Shown: positions 1-11,000 of the stretch, piece by piece | How positions within the stretch are numbered: the stretch's first letter is position 1 | Layout: every line of letters starts with the position of its first letter | Assembly: GCF_009914755.1 (NCBI RefSeq) | Contig: NC_060947.1 | Origin: the human T2T-CHM13v2.0 reference genome, Homo sapiens | Strand: one strand, 5' to 3' | Length of the DNA stretch: 64,000 nucleotides | The notes under the pieces: generated by a model | Told to the model about the DNA's origin: nothing | Databases searched by the model: none | Seen by the model: only the letters and a program-made list of their open reading frames with translations | Program-made: the position numbers and the translations under genes

Positions 1-116
1 AAAAAGAGTGTTTCATAGCTGCTCTTTCAAAAGGAAAGTTCAACTCTGGGAGTTGAATACAAACATCACAAAGTAGTTTCCGAGAATGCTTCTGTTTAGT
101 TTTTATGTGAAGATGA

Positions 117-133
117 TCCCGTTTCCAGTGAAA
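117..133 (-). other. Degenerate CENP-B box (B-type monomer, core TTCG changed to TTCA)
   Basis: tcccgtttccagtgaaa; core CGAA reads TGAA on the + strand. Confidence 0.8.
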
Positions 134-287
134 TCTTCAAAGAGGTCCACATATCCCCTTGCAGATTCCAAAGAAAGAGGGTTTAAAAACTGCTCCATCA
201 GAAGGATTGTTCAACTCTGTGAGTTGAATGCAGTCATCGCAGAAAACTTTCTGAGAATGCTTCTGTCTAGGTTTGATGTGAAGATAT

Positions 288-304
288 AGACGTTTCAAAC
301 GAAG
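288..304 (-). other. Degenerate CENP-B box (B-type monomer, CGGG core broken)
   Basis: agacgtttcaaacgaag; core CCCG reads GACG on the + strand. Confidence 0.75.
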
Positions 305-454
305 GCTACAAAGTGGTCAAAATATACACTTGCAGATTCTACTACAAGGGTGTTGCAAACCTGAACTATCAAAGGAAGGTTCAACTCTGTGAATTGAATA
401 CAAACATCACAAAGAATGTTCTGAGTTTGCTTCCGTTCAGTTATGGGAAGTTGA

Positions 455-471
455 TCCCGTTTCCAACGAAA
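455..471 (-). other. CENP-B box, canonical (repeated once per HOR)
   Basis: tcccgtttccaacgaaa is the reverse complement of TTTCGTTGGAAACGGGA, matching YTTCGTTGGAARCGGGA. Confidence 0.95.
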
Positions 472-965
472 TCCTCAGAGAGGTCCAAATATCCCCTCGC
501 AGATTCTACAAAACGTGTGTTTGGAAACTGCTCCATCATAACGAATGTTCAGCTCCCTGAGTTAAACTCCATCGTCACAAAGAATTTTCTGAGAGTGCTA
601 CCGTCTGGTTTTTATATGAAGTTCTTTCCTTCACTACCACAGGCCTCAAAGCGGTCCAAATCTCCACTTGCAGATTCTACAAAAAGAGTGTTTGCAAACT
701 GCTCTATGAAAAGGAATGTTCAACTCTGGGAGTTGAATGCAATCATCACAGAGCAGTTTCTGAGAATGCTTCTATGTCGTTTTTAGGAGAAGATATTTCC
801 TTTTCCAACACAGTCCTCCAAGCCCGCTAAATAGCCACTTGCACATTGTAGAAAAAGTGTGTCAAAGCTGCGCTATCAAAGGGAAAGTTCAACTCTGTGA
901 GGTGAATGCAAACATCCCAAAGAAGTTTCTGAGAATGCTTCCGTTTAGCTTTTAGGTGAAGATTA

Positions 966-982
966 TCCCGTTTCCAACGAAA
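966..982 (-). other. CENP-B box, canonical (repeated once per HOR)
   Basis: tcccgtttccaacgaaa, an exact reverse-complement match to the consensus. Confidence 0.95.
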
Positions 983-1137
983 CCTTCAAAGAGGTCCAAA
1001 TATCCCCTTGCGGATCCCACAGAAAGAGTGTTTCGAAACTGCTGTTTCAAAAGGAATCTTCAACTCTGTGAGTTGAATGCAATCATCACAAAGAAGTTTC
1101 TGACAATGCTTCTCTCTCGTCTTTCTGTGAAGATAAA

Positions 1138-1178
1138 GGAAAAGGCTTTCAGGCCTTTTCCACCACAGGCCTGAAAGC
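1138..1178. repeat. Overlapping short inverted repeats in the 186-bp monomer (once per HOR)
   Basis: ggaaaaggc (1138-1146) pairs with gccttttcc (1153-1161). gctttcaggcct (1145-1156) pairs with aggcctgaaagc (1167-1178). Confidence 0.9.
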
Positions 1179-1322
1179 GCTCCAAATGTCCACTTGCAGA
1201 TTCTGCCAAAAGAATATTTCAAAACTGCTCTATGAAAAGCAATGTTAAACTCTGTGGCTGGAACACAAACATCACAAAGCGGTTTCTGAGAATGTTTCAG
1301 TTTAGTTTTTCTGTGGAAATAT

Positions 1323-1339
1323 TCCCGTTTCCAAAGAAA
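1323..1339 (-). other. Degenerate CENP-B box (B-type monomer, core TTCG changed to TTCT)
   Basis: tcccgtttccaaagaaa; a single core mismatch. Confidence 0.8.
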
Positions 1340-1493
1340 TCTTCAAAGAGGTCCACGTATCCACTTACAGATTCTACAAAAAGACAGTTTCAAAACTGCT
1401 CCATCAAAAGGAGGGTTCAACTGTGTGACTTGAATGCAATCATCACTCAGAAGTTTCTGAGAATGCTTCTCTTTAGTTTTTACGTGAACATAT

Positions 1494-1510
1494 ACCCGTT
1501 TCGAACGAAG
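1494..1510 (-). other. CENP-B box, variant with the 9 core bases intact (repeated once per HOR)
   Basis: acccgtttcgaacgaag; the reverse complement CTTCGTTCGAAACGGGT fits nTTCGnnnnAnnCGGGn. Confidence 0.85.
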
Positions 1511-1660
1511 GCCACCCAGTGGTCCAAATATCCACTTGCAGATTCTACAGAAAGAGTGTTTCGAACCTGAACTCTCAAAGGCAGGTTCATCTCTGCGAGT
1601 TAAATGCATTCATCATGAAGAACTTTCTCAGAGTGTTTGTGTTTAGTTATGGGAAATTAT

Positions 1661-1677
1661 TCCCGTTTCCAACGAAA
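1661..1677 (-). other. CENP-B box, canonical (repeated once per HOR)
   Basis: tcccgtttccaacgaaa, an exact reverse-complement match to the consensus. Confidence 0.95.
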
Positions 1678-2002
1678 TCCTCAGAGAGCTCCAAATATCC
1701 ACCTGCAGATTCTACCAAAAGTGTATTTGGAAACTGCTCCATCAAAAGGCATGTTCAGCTCTGTCAGTGAAACTCCATCATCACAAAGAATATTCTGAGA
1801 ATGCTTCCGTTTGCCTTTTATATGAAGTTCCTTCCTGTACTACCGTAGGCCTCAAAGCAGTCCAAATCTCCATTTGCAGATTCTACAAAAAGAGTGATTC
1901 CAATCTGCTCTATCAATAGGATTGTTCAACTCCATGAGTTGAATGCCATCCTCACAAAGTCGTTTCTGAGAATGCTTCTATCTGGTTTTTGTGTGAAGAT
2001 AT

Positions 2003-2019
2003 TTCCTTTTCCACCACAG
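2003..2019 (-). other. A-type (pJalpha-like) box at the CENP-B-equivalent position; related boxes at 626-642, 797-813, 1152-1168 and 1832-1848
   Basis: ttccttttccaccacag resembles the reverse complement of the A-box consensus CTAYGGTGRAAAAGGAA. Five such monomers occur per HOR. Confidence 0.75.
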
Positions 2020-5000
2020 GCCTCAAAGCCCTCCAAACGTCCACTTGCAGATTCTCGAAAAAGAGTGTTTCATAGCTGCTCTTTCAAAAGGAAAGTTCAA
2101 CTCTGGGAGTTGAATACAAACATCACAAAATAGTTTCCGAGAATGCTTCTGTTTAGTTTTTATGTGAAGATGATCCCGTTTCCAGTGAAATCTTCAAAGA
2201 GGTCCACATATCCCCTTGCAGATTCCAAAGAAAGAGGGTTTAAAAACTGCTCCATCAGAAGGATTGTTCAACTCTGTGAGTTGAATGCAGTCATCGCAGA
2301 AAACTTTCTGAGAATGCTTCTGTCTAGGTTTGATGTGAAGATATAGACGTTTCAAACGAAGGCTACAAAGTGGTCAAAATATACACTTGCAGATTCTACT
2401 ACAAGGGTGTTGCAAACCTGAACTATCAAAGGAAGGTTCAACTCTGTGAATTGAATACAAACATCACAAAGAATGTTCTGAGTTTGCTTCCGTTCAGTTA
2501 TGGGAAGTTGATCCCGTTTCCAACGAAATCCTCAGAGAGGTCCAAATATCCCCTCGCAGATTCTACAAAACGTGTGTTTGGAAACTGCTCCATCATAACG
2601 AATGTTCAGCTCACTGAGTTAAACTCCATCGTCACAAAGAATTTTCTGAGAGTGCTACCGTCTGGTTTTTATATGAAGTTCTTTCCTTCACTACCACAGG
2701 CCTCAAAGCGGTCCAAATCTCCACTTGCAGATTCTACAAAAAGAGTGTTTGCAAACTGCTCTATCAAAAGGAATGTTCAACTCTGGGAGTTGAATGCAAT
2801 CATCACAGAGCAGTTTCTGAGAATGCTTCTATGTCGTTTTTAGGAGAAGATATTTCCTTTTCCAACACAGTCCTCCAAGCCCGCTAAATAGCCACTTGCA
2901 CATTGTAGAAAAAGTGTGTCAAAGCTGCGCTATCAAAGGGAAAGTTCAACTCTGTGAGGTGAATGCAAACATCCCAAAGAAGTTTCTGAGAATGCTTCCG
3001 TTTAGCTTTTAGGTGAAGATTATCCCGTTTCCAACGAAACCTTCAAAGAGGTCCAAATATCCCCTTGCGGATCCCACAGAAAGAGTGTTTCGAAACTGCT
3101 GTTTCAAAAGGAATCTTCAACTCTGTGAGTTGAATGCAATCATCACAAAGAAGTTTCTGACAATGCTTCTCTCTCGTCTTTCTGTGAAGATAAAGGAAAA
3201 GGCTTTCAGGCCTTTTCCACCACAGGCCTGAAAGCGCTCCAAATGTCCACTTGCAGATTCTGCCAAAAGAATATTTCAAAACTGCTCTATGAAAAGCAAT
3301 GTTAAACTCTGTGGCTGGAACACAAACATCACAAAGCGGTTTCTGAGAATGTTTCAGTTTAGTTTTTCTGTGGAAATATTCCCGTTTCCAAAGAAATCTT
3401 CAAAGAGGTCCACGTATCCACTTACAGATTCTACAAAAAGACAGTTTCAAAACTGCTCCATCAAAAGGAGGGTTCAACTGTGTGACTTGAATGCAATCAT
3501 CACTCAGAAGTTTCTGAGAATGCTTCTCTTTAGTTTTTACGTGAACATATACCCGTTTCGAACGAAGGCCACCCAGTGGTCCAAATATCCACTTGCAGAT
3601 TCTACAGAAAGAGTGTTTCGAACCTGAACTCTCAAAGGCAGGTTCATCTCTGCGAGTTAAATGCATTCATCATGAAGAACTTTCTCAGAGTGTTTGTGTT
3701 TAGTTATGGGAAATTATTCCCGTTTCCAACGAAATCCTCAGAGTGGTCCAAATATCCACCTGCAGATTCTACCAAAAGTGTATTTGGAAACTGCTCCATC
3801 AAAAGGCATGTTCAGCTCTGTGAGTGAAACTCCATCATCACAAAGAATATTCTGAGAATGCTTCCGTTTGCCTTTTATCTGAAGTTCCTTCCTATACGAC
3901 CGTAGGCCTCAAAGCAGTCCAAATCTCCATTTGCAGATTCTACAAAAAGAGTGATTCCAATCTGCTCTATCAATAGGATTGCTCAACTCCATGAGTTGAA
4001 TGCCATCCTCACAAAGTAGTTTCTGAGAATGCTTCTATCTAGTTTTTATGTGAAGGTATTTCCTTTTCCACCACAGGCCTCCAAGCCCTCCAAACGTCCA
4101 CTTGCAGATTCTCGAAAAAGAGTGTTTCATAGCTGCTCTTTCAAAAGGAAAGTTCAACTCTGGGAGTTGAATACAAACATCACAAAGTAGTTTCCGAGAA
4201 TGCTTCTGTTTAGTTTTTATGTGAAGATGATCCCGTTTCCAGTGAAATCTTCAAAGAGGTCCACATATCCCCTTGCAGATTCCAAAGAAAGAGGGTTTCA
4301 AAACTGCTCCATCAGAAGGATTGTTCAACTCTGTGAGTTGAATGCAGTCATCGCAGAAAACTTTCTGAGAATGCTTCTGTCTAGGTTTGATGTGAAGATA
4401 TAGACGTTTCAAACGAAGGCTACAAAGTGGTCAAAATATACACTTGCAGATTCTACTACAAGGGTGTTGCAAACCTGAACTATCAAAGGAAGGTTCAACT
4501 CTGTGAATTGAATACAAACATCACAAAGAATGTTCTGAGTTTGCTTCCGTTCAGTTATGGGAAGTTGATCCCGTTTCCAACGAAATCCTCAGAGAGGTCC
4601 AAATATCCCCTCGCAGATTCTACAAAACGTGTGTTTGGAAACTGCTCCATCATAACGAATGTTCAGCTCCCTGAGTTAAACTCCATCGTCACAAAGAATT
4701 TTCTGAGAGTGCTACCGTCTGGTTTTTATATGAAGTTCTTTCCTTCACTACCACAGGCCTCAAAGCGGTCCAAATCTCCACTTGCAGATTCTACAAAAAG
4801 AGTGTTTGCAAACTGCTCTATCAAAAGGAATGTTCAACTCTGGGAGTTGAATGCAATCATCACAGAGCAGTTTCTGAGAATGCTTCTATGTCGTTTTTAG
4901 GAGAAGATATTTCCTTTTCCAACACAGTCCTCCAAGCCCGCTAAATAGCCACTTGCACATTGTAGAAAAAGTGTGTCAAAGCTGCGCTATCAAAGGGAAA

Positions 5001-8000
5001 GTTCAACTCTGTGAGGTGAATGCAAACATCCCAAAGAAGTTTCTGAGAATGCTTCCGTTTAGCTTTTAGGTGAAGATTATCCCGTTTCCAACGAAACCTT
5101 CAAAGAGGTCCAAATATCCCCTTGCGGATCCCACAGAAAGAGTGTTTCGAAACTGCTGATTCAAAAGGAATCTTCAACTCTGTGAGTTGAATGCAATCAT
5201 CACAAAGAAGTTTCTGACAATGCTTCTCTCTCGTCTTTCTGTGAAGATAAAGGAAAAGGCTTTCAGGCCTTTTCCACCACAGGCCTGAAAGCGCTCCAAA
5301 TGTCCACTTGCAGATTCTGCCAAAAGAATATTTCAAAACTGCTCTATGAAAAGCAATGTTAAACTCTGTGGCTGGAACACAAACATCACAAAGCGGTTTC
5401 TGAGAATGTTTCAGTTTAGTTTTTCTGTGGAAATATTCCCGTTTCCAAAGAAATCTTCAAAGAGGTCCACGTATCCACTTACAGATTCTACAAAAAGACA
5501 GTTTCAAAACTGCTCCATCAAAAGGAGGGTTCAACTGTGTGACTTGAATGCAATCATCACTCAGAAGTTTCTGAGAATGCTTCTCTTTAGTTTTTACGTG
5601 AACATATACCCGTTTCGAACGAAGGCCACCCAGTGGTCCAAATATCCACTTGCAGATTATACAGAAAGAGTGTTTCGAACCTGAACTCTCAAAGGCAGGT
5701 TCATCTCTGCGAGTTAAATGCATTCATCATGAAGAACTTTCTCAGAGTGTTTGTGTTTAGTTATGGGAAATTATTCCCGTTTCCAACGAAATCCTCAGAG
5801 AGCTCCAAATATCCACCTGCAGATTCTACCAAAAGTGTATTTGGAAACTGCTCCATCAAAAGGCATGTTCAGCTCTGTCAGTGAAACTCCATCATCACAA
5901 AGAATATTCTGAGAATGCTTCCGTTTGCCTTTTATATGAAGTTCCTTCCTGTACTACCGTAGGCCTCAAAGCAGTCCAAATCTCCATTTGCAGATTCTGC
6001 AAAAAGAGTGATTCCAATCTGCTCTATCAATAGGATTGTTCAACTCCATGAGTTGAATGCCATCCTCACAAAGTCGTTTCTGAGAATGCTTCTATCTGGT
6101 TTTTGTGTGAAGATATTTCCTTTTCCACCACAGGCCTCAAAGCCCTCCAAACGTCCACTTGCAGATTCTCGAAAAAGAGTGTTTCATAGCTGCTCTTTCA
6201 AAAGGAAAGTTCAACTCTGGGAGTTGAATACAAACATCACAAAGTAGTTTCCGAGAATGCTTCTGTTTAGTTTTTATGTGAAGATGATCCCGTTTCCAGT
6301 GAAATCTTCAAAGAGGTCCACATATCCCCTTGCAGATTCCAAAGAAAGAGGGTTTCAAAACTGCTCCATCAGAAGGATTGTTCAACTCTGTGAGTTGAAT
6401 GCAGTCATCGCAGAAAACTTTCTGAGAATGCTTCTGTCTAGGTTTGATGTGAAGATATAGACGTTTCAAACGAAGGCTACAAAGTGGTCAAAATATACAC
6501 TTGCAGATTCTACTACAAGGGTGTTGCAAACCTGAACTATCAAAGGAAGGTTCAACTCTGTGAATTGAATACAAACATCACAAAGAATGTTCTGAGTTTG
6601 CTTCCGTTCAGTTATGGGAAGTTGATCCCGTTTCCAACGAAATCCTCAGAGAGGTCCAAATATCCCCTCGCAGATTCTACAAAACGTGTGTTTGGAAACT
6701 GCTCCATCATAACGAATGTTCAGCTCCCTGAGTTAAACTCCATCGTCACAAAGAATTTTCTGAGAGTGCTACCGTCTGGTTTTTATATGAAGTTCTTTCC
6801 TTCACTACCACAGGCCTCAAAGCGGTCCAAATCTCCACTTGCAGATTCTACAAAAAGAGTGTTTGCAAACTGCTCTATCAAAAGGAATGTTCAACTCTGG
6901 GAGTTGAATGCAATCATCACAGAGCAGTTTCTGAGAATGCTTCTATGTCGTTTTTAGGAGAAGATATTTCCTTTTCCAACACAGTCCTCCAAGCCCGCTA
7001 AATAGCCACTTGCACATTGTAGAAAAAGTGTGTCAAAGCTGCGCTATCAAAGGGAAAGTTCAACTCTGTGAGGTGAATGCAAACATCCCAAAGAAGTTTC
7101 TGAGAATGCTTCCGTTTAGCTTTTAGGTGAAGATTATCCCGTTTCCAACGAAACCTTCAAAGAGGTCCAAATATCCCCTTGCGGATCCCACAGAAAGAGT
7201 GTTTCGAAACTGCTGTTTCAAAAGGAATCTTCAACTCTGTGAGTTGAATGCAATCATCACAAAGAAGTTTCTGACAATGCTTCTCTCTCGTCTTTCTGTG
7301 AAGATAAAGGAAAAGGCTTTCAGGCCTTTTCCACCACAGGCCTGAAAGCGCTCCAAATGTCCACTTGCAGATTCTGCCAAAAGAATATTTCAAAACTGCT
7401 CTATGAAAAGCAATGTTAAACTCTGTGGCTGGAACACAAACATCACAAAGCGGTTTCTGAGAATGTTTCAGTTTAGTTTTTCTGTGGAAATATTCCCGTT
7501 TCCAAAGAAATCTTCAAAGAGGTCCACGTATCCACTTACAGATTCTACAAAAAGACAGTTTCAAAACTGCTCCATCAAAAGGAGGGTTCAACTGTGTGAC
7601 TTGAATGCAATCATCACTCAGAAGTTTCTGAGAATGCTTCTCTTTAGTTTTTACGTGAACATATACCCGTTTCGAACGAAGGCCACCCAGTGGTCCAAAT
7701 ATCCACTTGCAGATTCTACAGAAAGAGTGTTTCGAACCTGAACTCTCAAAGGCAGGTTCATCTCTGCGAGTTAAATGCATTCATCATGAAGAACTTTCTC
7801 AGAGTGTTTGTGTTTAGTTATGGGAAATTATTCCCGTTTCCAACGAAATCCTCAGAGAGCTCCAAATATCCACCTGCAGATTCTACCAAAAGTGTATTTG
7901 GAAACTGCTCCATCAAAAGGCATGTTCAGCTCTGTCAGTGAAACTCCATCATCACAAAGAATATTCTGAGAATGCTTCCGTTTGCCTTTTATATGAAGTT

Positions 8001-11000
8001 CCTTCCTGTACTACCGTAGGCCTCAAAGCAGTCCAAATCTCCATTTGCAGATTCTACAAAAAGAGTGATTCCAATCTGCTCTATCAATAGGATTGTTCAA
8101 CTCCATGAGTTGAATGCCATCCTCACAAAGTCGTTTCTGAGAATGCTTCTATCTGGTTTTTGTGTGAAGATATTTCCTTTTCCACCACAGGCCTCAAAGC
8201 CCTCCAAACGTCCACTTGCAGATTCTCGAAAAAGAGTGTTTCATAGCTGCTCTTTCAAAAGGAAAGTTCAACTCTGGGAGTTGAATACAAACATCACAAA
8301 ATAGTTTCCGAGAATGCTTCTGTTTAGTTTTTATGTGAAGATGATCCCGTTTCCAGTGAAATCTTCAAAGAGGTCCACATATCCCCTTGCAGATTCCAAA
8401 GAAAGAGGGTTTCAAAACTGCTCCATCAGAAGGATTGTTCAACTCTGTGAGTTGAATGCAGTCATCGCAGAAAACTTTCTGAGAATGCTTCTGTCTAGGT
8501 TTGATGTGAAGATATAGACGTTTCAAACGAAGGCTACAAAGTGGTCAAAATATACACTTGCAGATTCTACTACAAGGGTGTTGCAAACCTGAACTATCAA
8601 AGGAAGGTTCAACTCTGTGAATTGAATACAAACATCACAAAGAATGTTCTGAGTTTGCTTCCGTTCAGTCATGGGAAGTTGATCCCGTTTCCAACGAAAT
8701 CCTCAGAGAGGTCCAAATATCCCCTCGCAGATTCTACAAAACGTGTGTTTGGAAACTGCTCCATCATAACGAATGTTCAGCTCCCTGAGTTAAACTCCAT
8801 CGTCACAAAGAATTTTCTGAGAGTGCTACCGTCTGGTTTTTATATGAAGTTCTTTCCTTCACTACCACAGGCCTCAAAGCGGTCCAAATCTCCACTTGCA
8901 GATTCTACAAAAAGAGTGTTTGCAAACTGCTCTATCAAAAGGAATGTTCAACTCTGGGAGTTGAATGCAATCATCACAGAGCAGTTTCTGAGAATGCTTC
9001 TATGTCGTTTTTAGGAGAAGATATTTCCTTTTCCAACACAGTCCTCCAAGCCCGCTAAATAGCCACTTGCACATTGTAGAAAAAGTGTGTCAAAGCTGCG
9101 CTATCAAAGGGAAAGTTCAACTCTGTGAGGTGAATGCAAACATCCCAAAGAAGTTTCTGAGAATGCTTCCGTTTAGCTTTTAGGTGAAGATTATCCCGTT
9201 TCCAACGAAACCTTCAAAGAGGTCCAAATATCCCCTTGCGGATCCCACAGAAAGAGTGTTTCGAAACTGCTGTTTCAAAAGGAATCTTCAACTCTGTGAG
9301 TTGAATGCAATCATCACAAAGAAGTTTCTGACAATGCTTCTCTCTCGTCTTTCTGTGAAGATAAAGGAAAAGGCTTTCAGGCCTTTTCCACCACAGGCCT
9401 GAAAGCGCTCCAAATGTCCACTTGCAGATTCTGCGAAAAGAATATTTCAAAACTGCTCTATGAAAAGCAATGTTAAACTCTGTGGCTGGAACACAAACAT
9501 CACAAAGCGGTTTCTGAGAATGTTTCAGTTTAGTTTTTCTGTGGAAATATTCCCGTTTCCAAAGAAATCTTCAAAGAGGTCCACGTATCCACTTACAGAT
9601 TCTACAAAAAGACAGTTTCAAAACTGCTCCATCAAAAGGAGGGTTCAACTGTGTGACTTGAATGCAATCATCACTCAGAAGTTTCTGAGAATGCTTCTCT
9701 TTAGTTTTTACGTGAACATATACCCGTTTCGAACGAAGGCCACCCAGTGGTCCAAATATCCACTTGCAGATTCTACAGAAAGAGTGTTTCGAACCTGAAC
9801 TCTCAAAGGCAGGTTCATCTCTGCGAGTTAAATGCATTCATCATGAAGAACTTTCTCAGAGTGTTTGTGTTTAGTTATGGGAAATTATTCCCGTTTCCAA
9901 CGACATCCTCAGAGTGGTCCAAATATCCACCTGCAGATTCTACCAAAAGTGTATTTGGAAACTGCTCCATCAAAAGGCATGTTCAGCTCTGTGAGTGAAA
10001 CTCCATCATCACAAAGAATATTCTGAGAATGCTTCCGTTTGCCTTTTATCTGAAGTTCCTTCCTATACGACCGTAGGCCTCAAAGCAGTCCAAATCTCCA
10101 TTTGCAGATTCTACAAAAACAGTGATTCCAATCTGCTCTATCAATAGGATTGTTCAATTCCATGAGTTGAATGCCATCCTCACAAAGTCGTTTCTGAGAA
10201 TGCTTCTATCTAGTTTTTAAGTGAAGGTATTTCCTTTTCCACCACAGGCCTCAAAGCCCTCCAAACGTCCACTTGCAGATTCTCGAAAAAGAGTGTTTCA
10301 TAGCTGCTCTTTCAAAAGGAAAGTTCAACTCTGGGAGTTGAATACAAACATCACAAAGTAGTTTCCGAGAATGCTTCTGTTTAGTTTTTATGTGAAGATG
10401 ATCCCGTTTCCAGTGAAATCTTCAAAGAGGTCCACATATCCCCTTGCAGATTCCAAAGAAAGAGGGTTTCAAAACTGCTCCATCAGAAGGATTGTTCAAC
10501 TCTGTGAGTTGAATGCAGTCATCGCAGAAAACTTTCTGAGAATGCTTCTGTCTAGGTTTGATGTGAAGATATAGACGTTTCAAACGAAGGCTACAAAGTG
10601 GTCAAAATATACACTTGCAGATTCTACTACAAGGGTGTTGCAAACCTGAACTATCAAAGGAAGGTTCAACTCTGTGAATTGAATACAAACATCACAAAGA
10701 ATGTTCTGAGTTTGCTTCCGTTCAGTTATGGGAAGTTGATCCCGTTTCCAACGAAATCCTCAGAGAGGTCCAAATATCCCCTCGCAGATTCTACAAAACG
10801 TGTGTTTGGAAACTGCTCCATCATAACGAATGTTCAGCTCCCTGAGTTAAACTCCATCGTCACAAAGAATTTTCTGAGAGTGCTACCGTCTGGTTTTTAT
10901 ATGAAGTTCTTTCCTTCACTACCACAGGCCTCAAAGCGGTCCAAATCTCCACTTGCAGATTCTACAAAAAGAGTGTTTGCAAACTGCTCTATCAAAAGGA

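Larger units (their letters stand above)
1012..3068 (-). repeat. Representative single HOR unit (BamHI to BamHI, 2057 bp, 12 monomers)
   Basis: GGATCC at 1012-1017 and again at 3069-3074. Box-equivalent positions at 117, 288, 455, 626, 797, 966, 1152, 1323, 1494, 1661, 1832, 2003, 2174 give monomer spacings of 171, 167, 171, 171, 169, 186, 171, 171, 167, 171, 171, 171 (sum 2057). Confidence 0.95.

Noticed and set aside
313-786. 157-aa ORF repeated in every HOR, plus the 67-112-aa ORFs on both strands
   Set aside because: These are translations of satellite monomers with ~57-aa internal periodicity (171/3). Several start at GTG rather than ATG, they overlap in several frames and show no recognisable domain. 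Persistence across units reflects high HOR identity, not coding constraint.
5070-5288. Missing 72-aa ORF in the third unit suggesting a structural change
   Set aside because: It is a single T>A at 5159 (gctgtttc to gctgattc) creating a stop codon. Unit length is unchanged.
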